10,967 nt of DNA, taken from the NCBI GenBank assembly GCA_046484135.1, contig JAWOBU010000225.1, positions 1 to 10,967 of the forward strand, read 5' to 3'. Both the position numbers and the translations under genes were made by a program. Below the pieces are notes generated by a model. The model was given only the letters and a program-made list of their open reading frames with translations. It searched no databases and had not been told where the DNA came from. Below are positions 1-7,588 of the stretch, one piece after another (positions within the stretch are counted from its first letter, which is position 1; each line of letters starts with the position of its first letter). The stretch is from a bacterium. Lineage in GTDB: Bacteria > RBG-13-61-14 > DATKZS01.

Positions 1-536
1 CCGAACGACACGGTGGCGAGCTTCAGTATGCCGCCGCACTCGGTGCAGTAGGGAACTTCCACCCCTTCGTTTTCAATCCTCTCCTTGATCTCCCGGGAAG
101 GCCACCTGCGGCTACAGGAGAGGCAGTAGACCTCTTTGGCGTTGCCGTGAATCTCGATCACCGCCTCGTCCGGCAGACCCGCGGCCTGGTGAAGACCGTC
201 AATGTTCTGGGTGATGACGCCCGTGAGCTTCCCGAGCTCGTACAGCTCGACCAGCGCGTAATGGGAGGGATTGGGGCCTGCATTCATGCTGGCCTCCATC
301 TCCAGGAAAAGCTTCCACCGCAGCTTGCGGGCCTCCTCGCTGGCCAAAAACCGCTGGTAGGTCATCTCTTCCGGGTCGTACTTCTCCCAGATGCCGCCGG
401 GAGAGCGGAAATCGGGTATGCCCGACTCGGTGCTCACACCCGCGCCCGTAAAGCCGACCACGCTCCTTGCTTCACGAAGCCACTGCGCCGCCAAACCAAG
501 CGCCTCGTTCAGCTTCTCGTCATCGTTAGTACTCAT
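1..536 (-). CDS. cobB: NAD-dependent protein deacylase, Sir2/sirtuin family (3' end truncated by window edge)
   Basis: Manual translation from ATG 536: MSTNDDEKLNEALGLAAQWLREARSVVGFTGAGVSTESGIPDFRSPGGIWEKYDP...NPSHYAL...VITQNIDGLHQAAG...IEIHGN..YCLSC...PYCTECGGILKLATVSFG. It has the GAGxSxxSGIPDFR, TQNIDGLH and catalytic HG motifs plus two CxxC Zn pairs. The frame is open to position 1. The symbol is family-level only. Confidence 0.96.
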   Translation of the reverse strand, partial: MSTNDDEKLNEALGLAAQWLREARSVVGFTGAGVSTESGIPDFRSPGGIWEKYDPEEMTYQRFLASEEARKLRWKLFLEMEASMNAGPNPSHYALVELYELGKLTGVITQNIDGLHQAAGLPDEAVIEIHGNAKEVYCLSCSRRWPSREIKERIENEGVEVPYCTECGGILKLATVSF

Positions 537-582
537 GTCGCTTCAAAGAGGGGTCAAAATATCAAGACCTGGCCCCGCGGTC

Positions 583-1065
583 TCATCCTTTGGTGATCTC
601 CTGGATCATGGTGTTGACTTCCTGACTGAAGGTCAGGTTCTTGTTGGTCACCCGGAGTCTTTCGCAGAGGACCTCGGTAAAGGACTTGTAGAACTTTCTT
701 TCGAGTTCCTTGTTTCCCGCGATCAGGTTTTTGAAGTCGGTCCTTTTTATTTTCAAAAGCTCGGAGTCGGAGTCCGCCTTGATGGACGCGGAGCGGGGCG
801 CCTGGTCCACCAGGCTTATCTCTCCAAAGTACTCTCCTTTTTCCAGGTAGGCCAGGGCATGCTCCACCGCGTTGCCGTCGCGCTTGGTTACCTTTACCCT
901 GCCGCTCTTGATGATGTAAAGCGCGTCTCCGGGTTCTCCTTCGTTGAACACGGTCTCGCCCGCGGAGTACTTCTCGAGCCGGGCCACCATGCTTATGCTC
1001 ATGAGCTCGGTGAGCTTGAAGTTTACGAAGAGCGGGATTTGCTTGAACAGGTTCAGGTCTTCCAT
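583..1065 (-). CDS. Stand-alone cyclic nucleotide-binding (CAP_ED/cNMP) domain protein, 160 aa, no HTH
   Basis: Sequence reads LFKQIPLFVNF...YSAGETVFNEGEPGDALYIIKSGRVKV...GEYFGEISLVDQAPRSASIKA, a canonical phosphate-binding cassette, followed by a C-helix (LCERLRVTNKNL) and a stop. ATG 1065 is preferred over the track's 1089 because it lies 2 nt after the rtcB stop with AAAGGG upstream. Confidence 0.92.
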   Translation of the reverse strand: MEDLNLFKQIPLFVNFKLTELMSISMVARLEKYSAGETVFNEGEPGDALYIIKSGRVKVTKRDGNAVEHALAYLEKGEYFGEISLVDQAPRSASIKADSDSELLKIKRTDFKNLIAGNKELERKFYKSFTEVLCERLRVTNKNLTFSQEVNTMIQEITKG

Positions 1066-1067
1066 GT

Positions 1068-2498
1068 CTACCCTTTCAGCACGGCACAAGGGACCATCCG
1101 GGCCACCGGCCGTGCCAGCCCGGCGTCCTCCACTGTGCGGACCACCGCGTCTATGTCCTTATAGGCGTCAGGGGCCTCTTCCTTGGCCGCGGACTTATTA
1201 TCGCACAACAGGTACACGCCTTCCATACTTTCCCGAAAACGGGAGTCGGAGATGGCCGCCTGTCCCGACTTCTTCTTCTTGCCTTTCCTGCCGCCTGAGG
1301 CCTCGCTCCTGCTCATCAATCGGCCGGCGCCGTGGTTTACGCTGTAGAGGCTTTTTTCTCCGGAGGGCACACCGAGGAGCACGTAACTCGAGGTTCCCAT
1401 GGACCCGGGGATGAGCACCGGCTGTCCCACGTCGGCAAAGGGGGTCCCTTTCATGTGTCTTGCGTCGAAGGCGCGGGTGCTTCCTTTGCGGTGCACCCAG
1501 AGCTGGTTGCCGTGGTGCAGCTCGAGCTTGGCCATGTTGTGGGGAACGTCGTAGAGCTGCCAGACCCTTTGTTCGGAGTATCGCTTTTTGAACTCGTCCC
1601 GGACCAGCGCGGCCATGAGAGCCCGGTTCACAAAGGCGAAGTTCGCTGCGGCGTGCATGGCGTGAATATAGTTTTTGCTCTCTCTGCTTGTCAAGGGGAA
1701 GTAGCTGAGGCCGGGCACGGAACTTCCGTGCTCCTTGTTAAAGCTTTTGGCCATCTTCATGTAATGGCCTCCCACGTCGTGGCCGAAGGCCCGGGAGCCG
1801 GAGTGGACCATGATGGTGAACTGGCCTTTGAAGATGCCGAAGCGCGACGCCGCCTTTTTGTCAAGCACTTCCTCCACCTTCTGAAGCTCGATAAAATGAT
1901 TGCCCCCGCCCATGGTGCCGAGCTGATTCAAGCCCCGTTCGATTGCGTTCTCCGGCACCGCGTCTATCGAGCCTTCCATGCTGCCCCTGTCCTCGACCCG
2001 CTCCTGGTTGGCCTTCTCCTCGGCCGGATCAAAGCCCTCCCACACCCGGTGGCCGGAAGGAGAAAGCTCGACCAGCGCGGACAGGCCGCCCTCCATCACC
2101 GACACGAAATCGTCCCGTTTGAAAGGAACGTTCTTCTTGCCTTCGCCAAGAGGCACCGACCGCTTGATGCCGTCCGCAAGCGGGTTTACGTCCACCTCGC
2201 CCGCGGACAAAGACGTGAGCATGAGGCGCATGCCGCAGTTTACGTCGTAGCCTACGGCCGCGGGTATGATGATCTCGCGGGTCGCAACCACCGACCCGAT
2301 GGGAACGCCGTAGCCGTGGTGGATGTCGGGCATGCCCAGCACGTACTCGGCGCTCGGCAGGCAGGCGGCGTTCGCGAGCTGAAGGAGGGCACTCTCCTCC
2401 ATCTTGAGCTCGCGGTTTGCGAACACCAGGGCGTCGAGACGCATGTCGCCTTCTTTTTTTATCCGGAGCAGAAAATCGTTTTCCCGTTTTATGTCCAT
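1068..2498 (-). CDS. rtcB: RtcB family 3'-phosphate/5'-OH RNA ligase, 476 aa
   Basis: Motifs MPDIHHGYGVPIG, VGYDVNCG, LGTMGGGNHFIE, HSGSRAFGH, YDVPHN, VHRKGSTRAF, PVLIPGSMG, NHGAGRLMSR (guanylylated His) and EEAPDAYKDIDAVV are all intact. Confidence 0.98.
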   Translation of the reverse strand: MDIKRENDFLLRIKKEGDMRLDALVFANRELKMEESALLQLANAACLPSAEYVLGMPDIHHGYGVPIGSVVATREIIIPAAVGYDVNCGMRLMLTSLSAGEVDVNPLADGIKRSVPLGEGKKNVPFKRDDFVSVMEGGLSALVELSPSGHRVWEGFDPAEEKANQERVEDRGSMEGSIDAVPENAIERGLNQLGTMGGGNHFIELQKVEEVLDKKAASRFGIFKGQFTIMVHSGSRAFGHDVGGHYMKMAKSFNKEHGSSVPGLSYFPLTSRESKNYIHAMHAAANFAFVNRALMAALVRDEFKKRYSEQRVWQLYDVPHNMAKLELHHGNQLWVHRKGSTRAFDARHMKGTPFADVGQPVLIPGSMGTSSYVLLGVPSGEKSLYSVNHGAGRLMSRSEASGGRKGKKKKSGQAAISDSRFRESMEGVYLLCDNKSAAKEEAPDAYKDIDAVVRTVEDAGLARPVARMVPCAVLKG

Positions 2499-2539
2499 GA
2501 ATGCTTCCGGCCTTTTCTATTGTTTTTTGTAGAAGTAAT

Positions 2540-2548
2540 ATTATGCCA
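2540..2548 (-). promoter_or_regulatory. Candidate extended -10 promoter for the rtcB operon
   Basis: The minus strand reads TG-g-CATAAT about 40 nt upstream of the rtcB ATG. There is no good -35. It overlaps the palindrome TAATATTA (2536-2543). Confidence 0.45.
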
Positions 2549-2613
2549 AATTCAGGCCGGCGCTGCCAGATTTCTTAATTCCCGCCGCGTCTCCGATAGA
2601 AAGAAAATGGCGT

Positions 2614-2642
2614 TTGACCAGGGAGGCAGGGCTTGTTATTCT
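2614..2642 (+). promoter_or_regulatory. Sigma70-type promoter upstream of the DUF2293 gene
   Basis: TTGACC (2614-2619), 17-nt spacer, TATTCT (2637-2642), with an extended -10 TG at 2634-2635. Confidence 0.65.
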
Positions 2643-2741
2643 TTTAGCCGTTTTATGGGCAAAGTGAAGCTGCTTTTTTCAATTACTTGTTTCCTTCTAT
2701 TGATTTAATATCACCGGGATTATATTGGCGGAGTGATCTCA

Positions 2742-3452
2742 TTGCCTGAGAAGGATGCCAATAAGGGTGATGTAGGGAAAGACCAGCTTGTGGTCTTTTC
2801 CATTGTCAGGCCCTCGAGATGTTCCGAGTGCGGGCGTGATCTGTTGCCGGGTGAGTTCTTGAAAAAGGAGGGAGACAATGCTCTGTGCATGGAATGCGCT
2901 GACCTGGGCCACCTTTTTTATCTGCCGCGCGGCAACGCAGCCCTTACCCGGCGCGCGGGCAAACATTCCGGTCTTCAGGTGGTGGTGGTCAAGTGGAGCC
3001 GGGCGAGGAAGCGCTACGAGAGGCAGGGGGTGTTGGTAGAGGAAGAGGCACTTGATCGAGCGGAGCACGAATGCCTTGCTGATGAGGATGCCAGGAAGTC
3101 CCGCCGGGAGCGGGAAGCCGCCCGGAGGGAGAAGGCTGACCAGGAGTTTGTAAAAGAGTTTGCCGGCCGGGTGCGCGCCTTGTATCCGGGCGCTCCTTCT
3201 GGAGAGGAGAGCAGGATTGCCGAGCATGCCTGCCGCAAGTACTCCGGCAGGGTGGGACGGAGCGCCGGCGCCAAGGAGCTCCAGGAGGAGCCGATCCGCC
3301 TTGCGGTCGAAGCTTACGCCCGCCATCGCTTCACCGATTACGATAAGCTTTTGGCTGCGGGTTACGAGAGGGTCGAGGCCAGGCGGATGATAAGACGGGA
3401 CCTTGATGAGCTGCTTTGCCGGTGGGCAGAGCAAGGGAATGGAAAAACCTGA
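2742..3452 (+). CDS. DUF2293 domain protein with N-terminal CxxC...CxxC zinc ribbon
   Basis: N-terminal CSEC...CMEC, then LPRGNAALTRRA and WSRARKRYERQG. The C-terminal IAEHACRKYSGRVGRS...LAVEAYARHRFTDYDKLL..GYERVEAR matches DUF2293 as recalled. TTG 2742 has a GGAG 8 nt upstream; GTG 2733 (track) is the alternative start. Confidence 0.88.
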   Translation: MPEKDANKGDVGKDQLVVFSIVRPSRCSECGRDLLPGEFLKKEGDNALCMECADLGHLFYLPRGNAALTRRAGKHSGLQVVVVKWSRARKRYERQGVLVEEEALDRAEHECLADEDARKSRREREAARREKADQEFVKEFAGRVRALYPGAPSGEESRIAEHACRKYSGRVGRSAGAKELQEEPIRLAVEAYARHRFTDYDKLLAAGYERVEARRMIRRDLDELLCRWAEQGNGKT

Positions 3453-3544
3453 ACCTGCTTTATATCAGGCTCGGCAGGGGTCCTCAAGGCACAGGATGGG
3501 TTTCCAGAAACAATTAAAGCTTGAGCGTCAAGGAGGATTGCTTA

Positions 3545-6091
3545 GTGGCTTCGAAAGATATGGACGGAAAGTTCAGAAAGAGGAGTCCGGAAGAGAAGAA
3601 AGCGACCACCTCTTTTGAAGGAACGGCCAAGGCTCAAAAGGGCAAGAAGAAAAAACCTGCGAAAAAGAAGTCAAGCAAGAAAAAGACCGCCACCAAGACC
3701 AGGACTCCCCGGACCAGAAAGCCCTCGAACATGACGGTCGAGGAGTGGCAGATCGCGCTCCGCCGCGAGTTCAGCGAGGTCCAGGAGTTCAAGATGAAAA
3801 ACATCGGAGAAGAGCCCATCTTCTCGGAGTTCCTGGTCGAGAACCCGGAGACCGGCGGCGCTTACAAGGTGGCGATCCGGGGAGAGGGCCCGGGCATCAA
3901 TTACTGCTCCTGTCCTGACTTCGCGGTCAACACTTTGGGGACCTGCAAGCATATCGAGTTCGTCCTTGCCAGGCTCAGGAAAAAGCGGGGCGCGAAGAAG
4001 GCGTTCCGAGAGGGGCACCAGTCTCCCTACTCGTCGGTGTACCTCCGCTACGGCGCGCAGAGGAAGGTGATGTTCAAGCCGGGGATCGAGTGTCCTGCCA
4101 CTCTGAAGGACCTGGCCGGCAGGTACTTTGACAAGGAAGGCGTCTTAACTCCCGAAGGATTTTCCCGCTTTGACGAGTTCATGAAGAAGGCGGGAAAGAT
4201 AAAGCATGAGCTTCGTTGCTACGAGGACGCGCTCCAGTACATTGCCCATATAAGGGACAGCAACCATCTCCGGGAGAGGGTGGACAAGGCCTATCCGCGC
4301 GGCGGACAAGGTACGGAGCTCAAGAGCCTGCTCAAGGTTCCCATGTATTCTTACCAGCGGAAGGGAGCTCTGTTCGCGGCCCGCCAGGGACGCTCGATCA
4401 TAGCGGACGACATGGGACTGGGCAAGACCATCCAGGCGATTGCGGCATGCGAGATACTGGCCCGGCTTGCCGGTATCGAGCGGGTGTTGGTGGTTTGTCC
4501 CGCCTCTTTAAAACACCAGTGGCAAACCGAGATAGAAAGGTTCACCGACCGGAGCGCCATGGTGATCGAGGGAGGACTTGCCGCCCGCGAGCGGCTTTAC
4601 GAGACCGAGTCCTTTTATAAGCTTTGTAACTACGAGCTCATCTATCGGGACCGGGACTTCATAAAGCAGTGGTCGCCGGACATGATCATTCTGGACGAGG
4701 CCCAGCGCATCAAGAACTGGAAGACCAGAACCGCGCAGAGCGTAAAGCAGCTCGAGTCTCCATATGCTATCGTTTTAACCGGCACCCCCCTCGAGAACCG
4801 GCTGGAGGAGCTGCATTCCATTGTAGAGTTCGTGGACCGGTTCCACCTCGGCCCCCGCTTCCGGTTCCTCCACGAGCACCAGGTAACCGACGAGTTCGGC
4901 AAGGTGGTGGGATACAAGAACCTGTCCCGGATATCGGAGACCCTCTCTCCCATCCTTATCCGCCGGACCAAGGACGAGGTCTTGAAAGAGCTGCCTGAAA
5001 GACTCGAAAAGAAGTACTTTGTGGGGATGACGCCCGAGCAGATGAAGCATCACGAGGAGAACAAGGAGACAGTGGGCAGGATCGTGGCCAAGTGGCGCCG
5101 GTACGGTTTTCTTTCCGAGACCGACCAGCGCGTCCTGCTGACGGCCCTCCAGTTCATGCGCATGTCGTGCAACAGCACCTACCTCCTGGACAAAAGGACC
5201 GACCACGGTTACAAGGCGGATGAGCTCATGGGTCTTTTATCCGACATCTTCGAGGACCCCAAAGCCAAGGTGGTGGTATTCAGCCAGTGGCTCGGCACTC
5301 ATGAACTCATCATCCGACGCCTGGAGGAAAACGGCTGGGACTATGCCTTCCTCCACGGGGGTGTGCCCAGCAAAAAGCGCAAAGACCTGATACAAAGGTT
5401 CCGGGATAACAAGAACTGCCGGCTGTTCCTTTCCACCGAGGCCGGCGGCCTGGGCATGAACCTCCAGAACGCCTCCGCAGTAATCAACATGGACATGCCG
5501 TGGAACCCGGCGGTGCTCGATCAGCGCATCGGCAGGGTCCACCGGCTGGGCCAGCATCAGCCGGTCCGGGTGGTGAACTTTGTCGCTGACCACACCATCG
5601 AGCACGGCATGCTTTCGCTGTTGAGCTTTAAGAAATCCCTTTTTTCCGGCGTGCTGGATGGTGGCCAGGACGAGGTCTTCCTGGGCGGCTCCCGCCTGAA
5701 AAGATTCATGGAGACGGTGGAGAAGGCCACGGGTTCCATTCCGGAAGGCCCGGCCGTCCCGGCCGAGCTTCCGCCGTCCGCGCAGCAAGCGGCTGAGGAG
5801 GAGCTTGCAACTGAAGAAAAGAAGCCCGCTGCCGCCGCCTCCCCAGCGGAGCAGGCCTGGGCAGAGGTCGCATCCGCGGGCCTGGCCTTCCTGGACAAGC
5901 TCGGACAGGCCATGAACGAACAGAACCAGCCAGGCCCCCAGCAGGAGAGCAAAACCGACTCTCCTCTCGGCTTCGCCCAGGGCTTTGTCGAACAGGACGA
6001 GGCGGGCAGGAGCTTTTTCAAGCTCCCCATGCCGGAGCCGGAAACTCTTAAAAAGTTCGCAGACCTGCTTTACAAAGTGAGCGGCACGTAA
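3545..6091 (+). CDS. SWIM zinc finger + SNF2-family ATPase (SNF2_N + helicase C), ~848 aa
   Basis: SWIM motif YCSCPDFAVNTLGTCKH. Helicase motifs ADDMGLGKT, VVCPASLKHQW, ILDEAQRIKN, LTGTPLEN, IRRTKDEVLKELP, VVFSQW, LSTEAGGLGMNLQ, DMPWNPAVLDQRIGRVHRLGQ. GTG 3545 lies 8 nt after a perfect AGGAGG (3531-3536), so it is preferred to TTG 3521. Confidence 0.96.
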   Translation: MASKDMDGKFRKRSPEEKKATTSFEGTAKAQKGKKKKPAKKKSSKKKTATKTRTPRTRKPSNMTVEEWQIALRREFSEVQEFKMKNIGEEPIFSEFLVENPETGGAYKVAIRGEGPGINYCSCPDFAVNTLGTCKHIEFVLARLRKKRGAKKAFREGHQSPYSSVYLRYGAQRKVMFKPGIECPATLKDLAGRYFDKEGVLTPEGFSRFDEFMKKAGKIKHELRCYEDALQYIAHIRDSNHLRERVDKAYPRGGQGTELKSLLKVPMYSYQRKGALFAARQGRSIIADDMGLGKTIQAIAACEILARLAGIERVLVVCPASLKHQWQTEIERFTDRSAMVIEGGLAARERLYETESFYKLCNYELIYRDRDFIKQWSPDMIILDEAQRIKNWKTRTAQSVKQLESPYAIVLTGTPLENRLEELHSIVEFVDRFHLGPRFRFLHEHQVTDEFGKVVGYKNLSRISETLSPILIRRTKDEVLKELPERLEKKYFVGMTPEQMKHHEENKETVGRIVAKWRRYGFLSETDQRVLLTALQFMRMSCNSTYLLDKRTDHGYKADELMGLLSDIFEDPKAKVVVFSQWLGTHELIIRRLEENGWDYAFLHGGVPSKKRKDLIQRFRDNKNCRLFLSTEAGGLGMNLQNASAVINMDMPWNPAVLDQRIGRVHRLGQHQPVRVVNFVADHTIEHGMLSLLSFKKSLFSGVLDGGQDEVFLGGSRLKRFMETVEKATGSIPEGPAVPAELPPSAQQAAEEELATEEKKPAAAASPAEQAWAEVASAGLAFLDKLGQAMNEQNQPGPQQESKTDSPLGFAQGFVEQDEAGRSFFKLPMPEPETLKKFADLLYKVSGT

Positions 6092-6139
6092 AGCATCTCT
6101 TTGTGAACGCTTGCCGGCCGGGCGGGTTACATGTGTCGT

Positions 6140-6169
6140 TTGACTCGAACGTTCCGTGGTTGTTACTCT
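6140..6169 (+). promoter_or_regulatory. Sigma70-type promoter for the LURP-one-like gene
   Basis: TTGACT (6140-6145), 18-nt spacer, TACTCT (6164-6169), with an extended TG at 6161-6162. SD AAGGAG lies downstream at 6187-6192. Confidence 0.6.
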
Positions 6170-6199
6170 GAAGGCCATTTGCGAGAAAGGAGATTTTAA

Positions 6200-6793
6200 A
6201 TGGAAACAGTTCCCCAAAGCGACAAGTTCCAGTCCTTTGAGTACTTGGTCAGGAAGGGCTTTTTAAACTTATGGCATCAAAAGTTCCGGGTGTACGATCC
6301 TCACGGAGAGCTGATACTTTACGCTGAGCTCAAGGCCCTGAAGTTAAAAGAGGACGTATCAGTGTACTCTGATGAAGCAAAGAGCCGGGAGATGTTCCGG
6401 ATAAAGGCCCGGCAAATTCTCGATATCAGCGCGACCTATGATATCGTTGATTCCGATTCCCAGACGAAGCTGGGAGCGGTCCGCAGGGCGGGCATCAAGA
6501 GCATGCTGCGTGACGAGTGGACCATCATGGACTCGTCGGACAATGAAATAGCGAAAATCCAGGAAGACAGCATGGCGCTGGCGCTGGTAAGGAGATTTTT
6601 AAGCAACCTCATACCCCAGAAGTTCACCGTCAGCATAAATGGCGAGCCTTTAATTTATTTCAAGCAGAACTTCAATCCCTTTCTCCTCAAGATGCACCTT
6701 GACTTCAAGAGGGACATAAACCAGGCCCTGGACAGAAGGGTGGGAATAATAGCGGCCATTATGCTCTGCGCGATTGAAGGAAGGCAACAGTAA
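6200..6793 (+). CDS. LURP-one/scramblase (Tubby C-like barrel) family protein, 197 aa
   Basis: Strong SD. The pattern YLVRKGFL..KFRVYDPHGELILY..KALKLKEDVSVY...IKARQILDISATYDIVD...LGAVRR...RDEWTIMD.., ending in a hydrophobic helix DRRVGIIAAIMLCAIE, is typical of this fold. The family call is from recognition only. Confidence 0.75.
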   Translation: METVPQSDKFQSFEYLVRKGFLNLWHQKFRVYDPHGELILYAELKALKLKEDVSVYSDEAKSREMFRIKARQILDISATYDIVDSDSQTKLGAVRRAGIKSMLRDEWTIMDSSDNEIAKIQEDSMALALVRRFLSNLIPQKFTVSINGEPLIYFKQNFNPFLLKMHLDFKRDINQALDRRVGIIAAIMLCAIEGRQQ

Positions 6794-6856
6794 CCAAAGC
6801 CTTGCCGGCGGCACAAGTTCGGGAGCGGCATGCCCTTGTCGGGCGAGGACGGGTCT

Positions 6857-7552
6857 TCAACCTTTTTTAGGAGGCCCCAGCTTTAGCTCCTGGTCGGTGT
6901 TCCGGACATAGACGGGCAGGAGGGAATGGAGCTCTTGGGACTCGCCTTTTTCGAGCAAGGGCCGGGCCAGCTCGCACACCCAGGATGCCCTCAACGTCCA
7001 CAAATTTTCCGGGGCTTGGCTTACGTTTTCGGAAAAGGCACTGACGATTTCTTTTTGATAGCGTCGCAGTCCTTCGCCGAGCAACAGGGGACGAGGCTCG
7101 AGAGAAGGCAGCTCAGCGGGGTCCAGGGCCAGATCAGCGGAAATCCGCGCCAGACCTCCCTCACCGTCGGCCTGGAAGCGGGCGGTAAAGACCTGGCCTT
7201 TTTTAGCGTCTATCAGGGGCAATACCCTTCCCTTATAACCAACGGCTGACCTGGCCAGGGCCTCCAAAGAAGAGACCCCGATTACCGGCGCGGGATTGGC
7301 CATGGCCATTCCTTTCAGAAGCGAGATCCCGGTTCGGAGGCCGGTAAAGGAGCCGGGGCCAAGCCCCACTGCATAACCTTCCACCTCCGCGGGCGAAAGT
7401 CCCAGGTTGTAAAAGAGTTCTTTTATGGCGGGCGCGAGCTTTTCGCTCGGCTTTTTGCCGGTTTGGAGGCACAGCTCGGCCAGGAGTTTGCCGTCCTCCA
7501 TCACGGCGGCGGACCGCACGCCGGTCGAGGTATCAATACCGAATATCTTCAC
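6857..7552 (-). CDS. tsaB: tRNA threonylcarbamoyladenosine (t6A37) biosynthesis protein TsaB
   Basis: MKIFGIDTST, AVGLGPGSFTGLRTG, IGVSSLEALA, PLIDAKKGQVF, LLPVYVR. GTG start with GGAG 9 nt upstream. Confidence 0.96.
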   Translation of the reverse strand: MKIFGIDTSTGVRSAAVMEDGKLLAELCLQTGKKPSEKLAPAIKELFYNLGLSPAEVEGYAVGLGPGSFTGLRTGISLLKGMAMANPAPVIGVSSLEALARSAVGYKGRVLPLIDAKKGQVFTARFQADGEGGLARISADLALDPAELPSLEPRPLLLGEGLRRYQKEIVSAFSENVSQAPENLWTLRASWVCELARPLLEKGESQELHSLLPVYVRNTDQELKLGPPKKG

Positions 7553-7588
7553 GGCCGAATACTCCGGGGAGAGTACTGCATGGGGACG

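Noticed and set aside
1..1065. Sirtuin + cNMP protein as an anti-phage NADase system (Thoeris/Pycsar-like)
   Set aside because: The Sir2 is a classical Zn-binding deacylase (GIPDFR, HG, two CxxC), not a defence-type NADase. There is no cyclase, TIR or effector domain in the window.
2534..2549. Sigma54-like site TTGGCATAATATTACT upstream of rtcB (E. coli rtcBA is sigma54/RtcR-dependent)
   Set aside because: It lacks the invariant GG-N10-GC: the spacing is one short and AC replaces GC. No rtcR is visible.
147..2708. Long plus-strand ORFs 147-596, 391-1164, 944-1414, 1332-2708 and 1978-2250
   Set aside because: They are antisense shadows of the sirtuin, cNMP and rtcB genes in GC-rich DNA and carry no motifs.
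3500..3511. Palindrome GTTTC-CA-GAAAC upstream of the SNF2 gene
   Set aside because: It is short and single-copy with no associated promoter, so chance cannot be excluded. It is not a CRISPR repeat.
6147..6154. GAACGTTC palindrome in a promoter spacer as a LexA box
   Set aside because: The Gram-positive-type SOS box needs GAAC-N4-GTTC; here the spacer is zero.
2739..6636. Minus-strand and alternative-frame ORFs such as 2739-3434, 3403-3618, 4216-4620 and 5237-6217
   Set aside because: They overlap well-supported genes and have no recognisable domains.
6794..6856. Bidirectional terminator between the convergent LURP-one-like gene and tsaB
   Set aside because: Only short stems (GCCC/GGGC, ACAAG/CTTGT) and no adjacent U tract.
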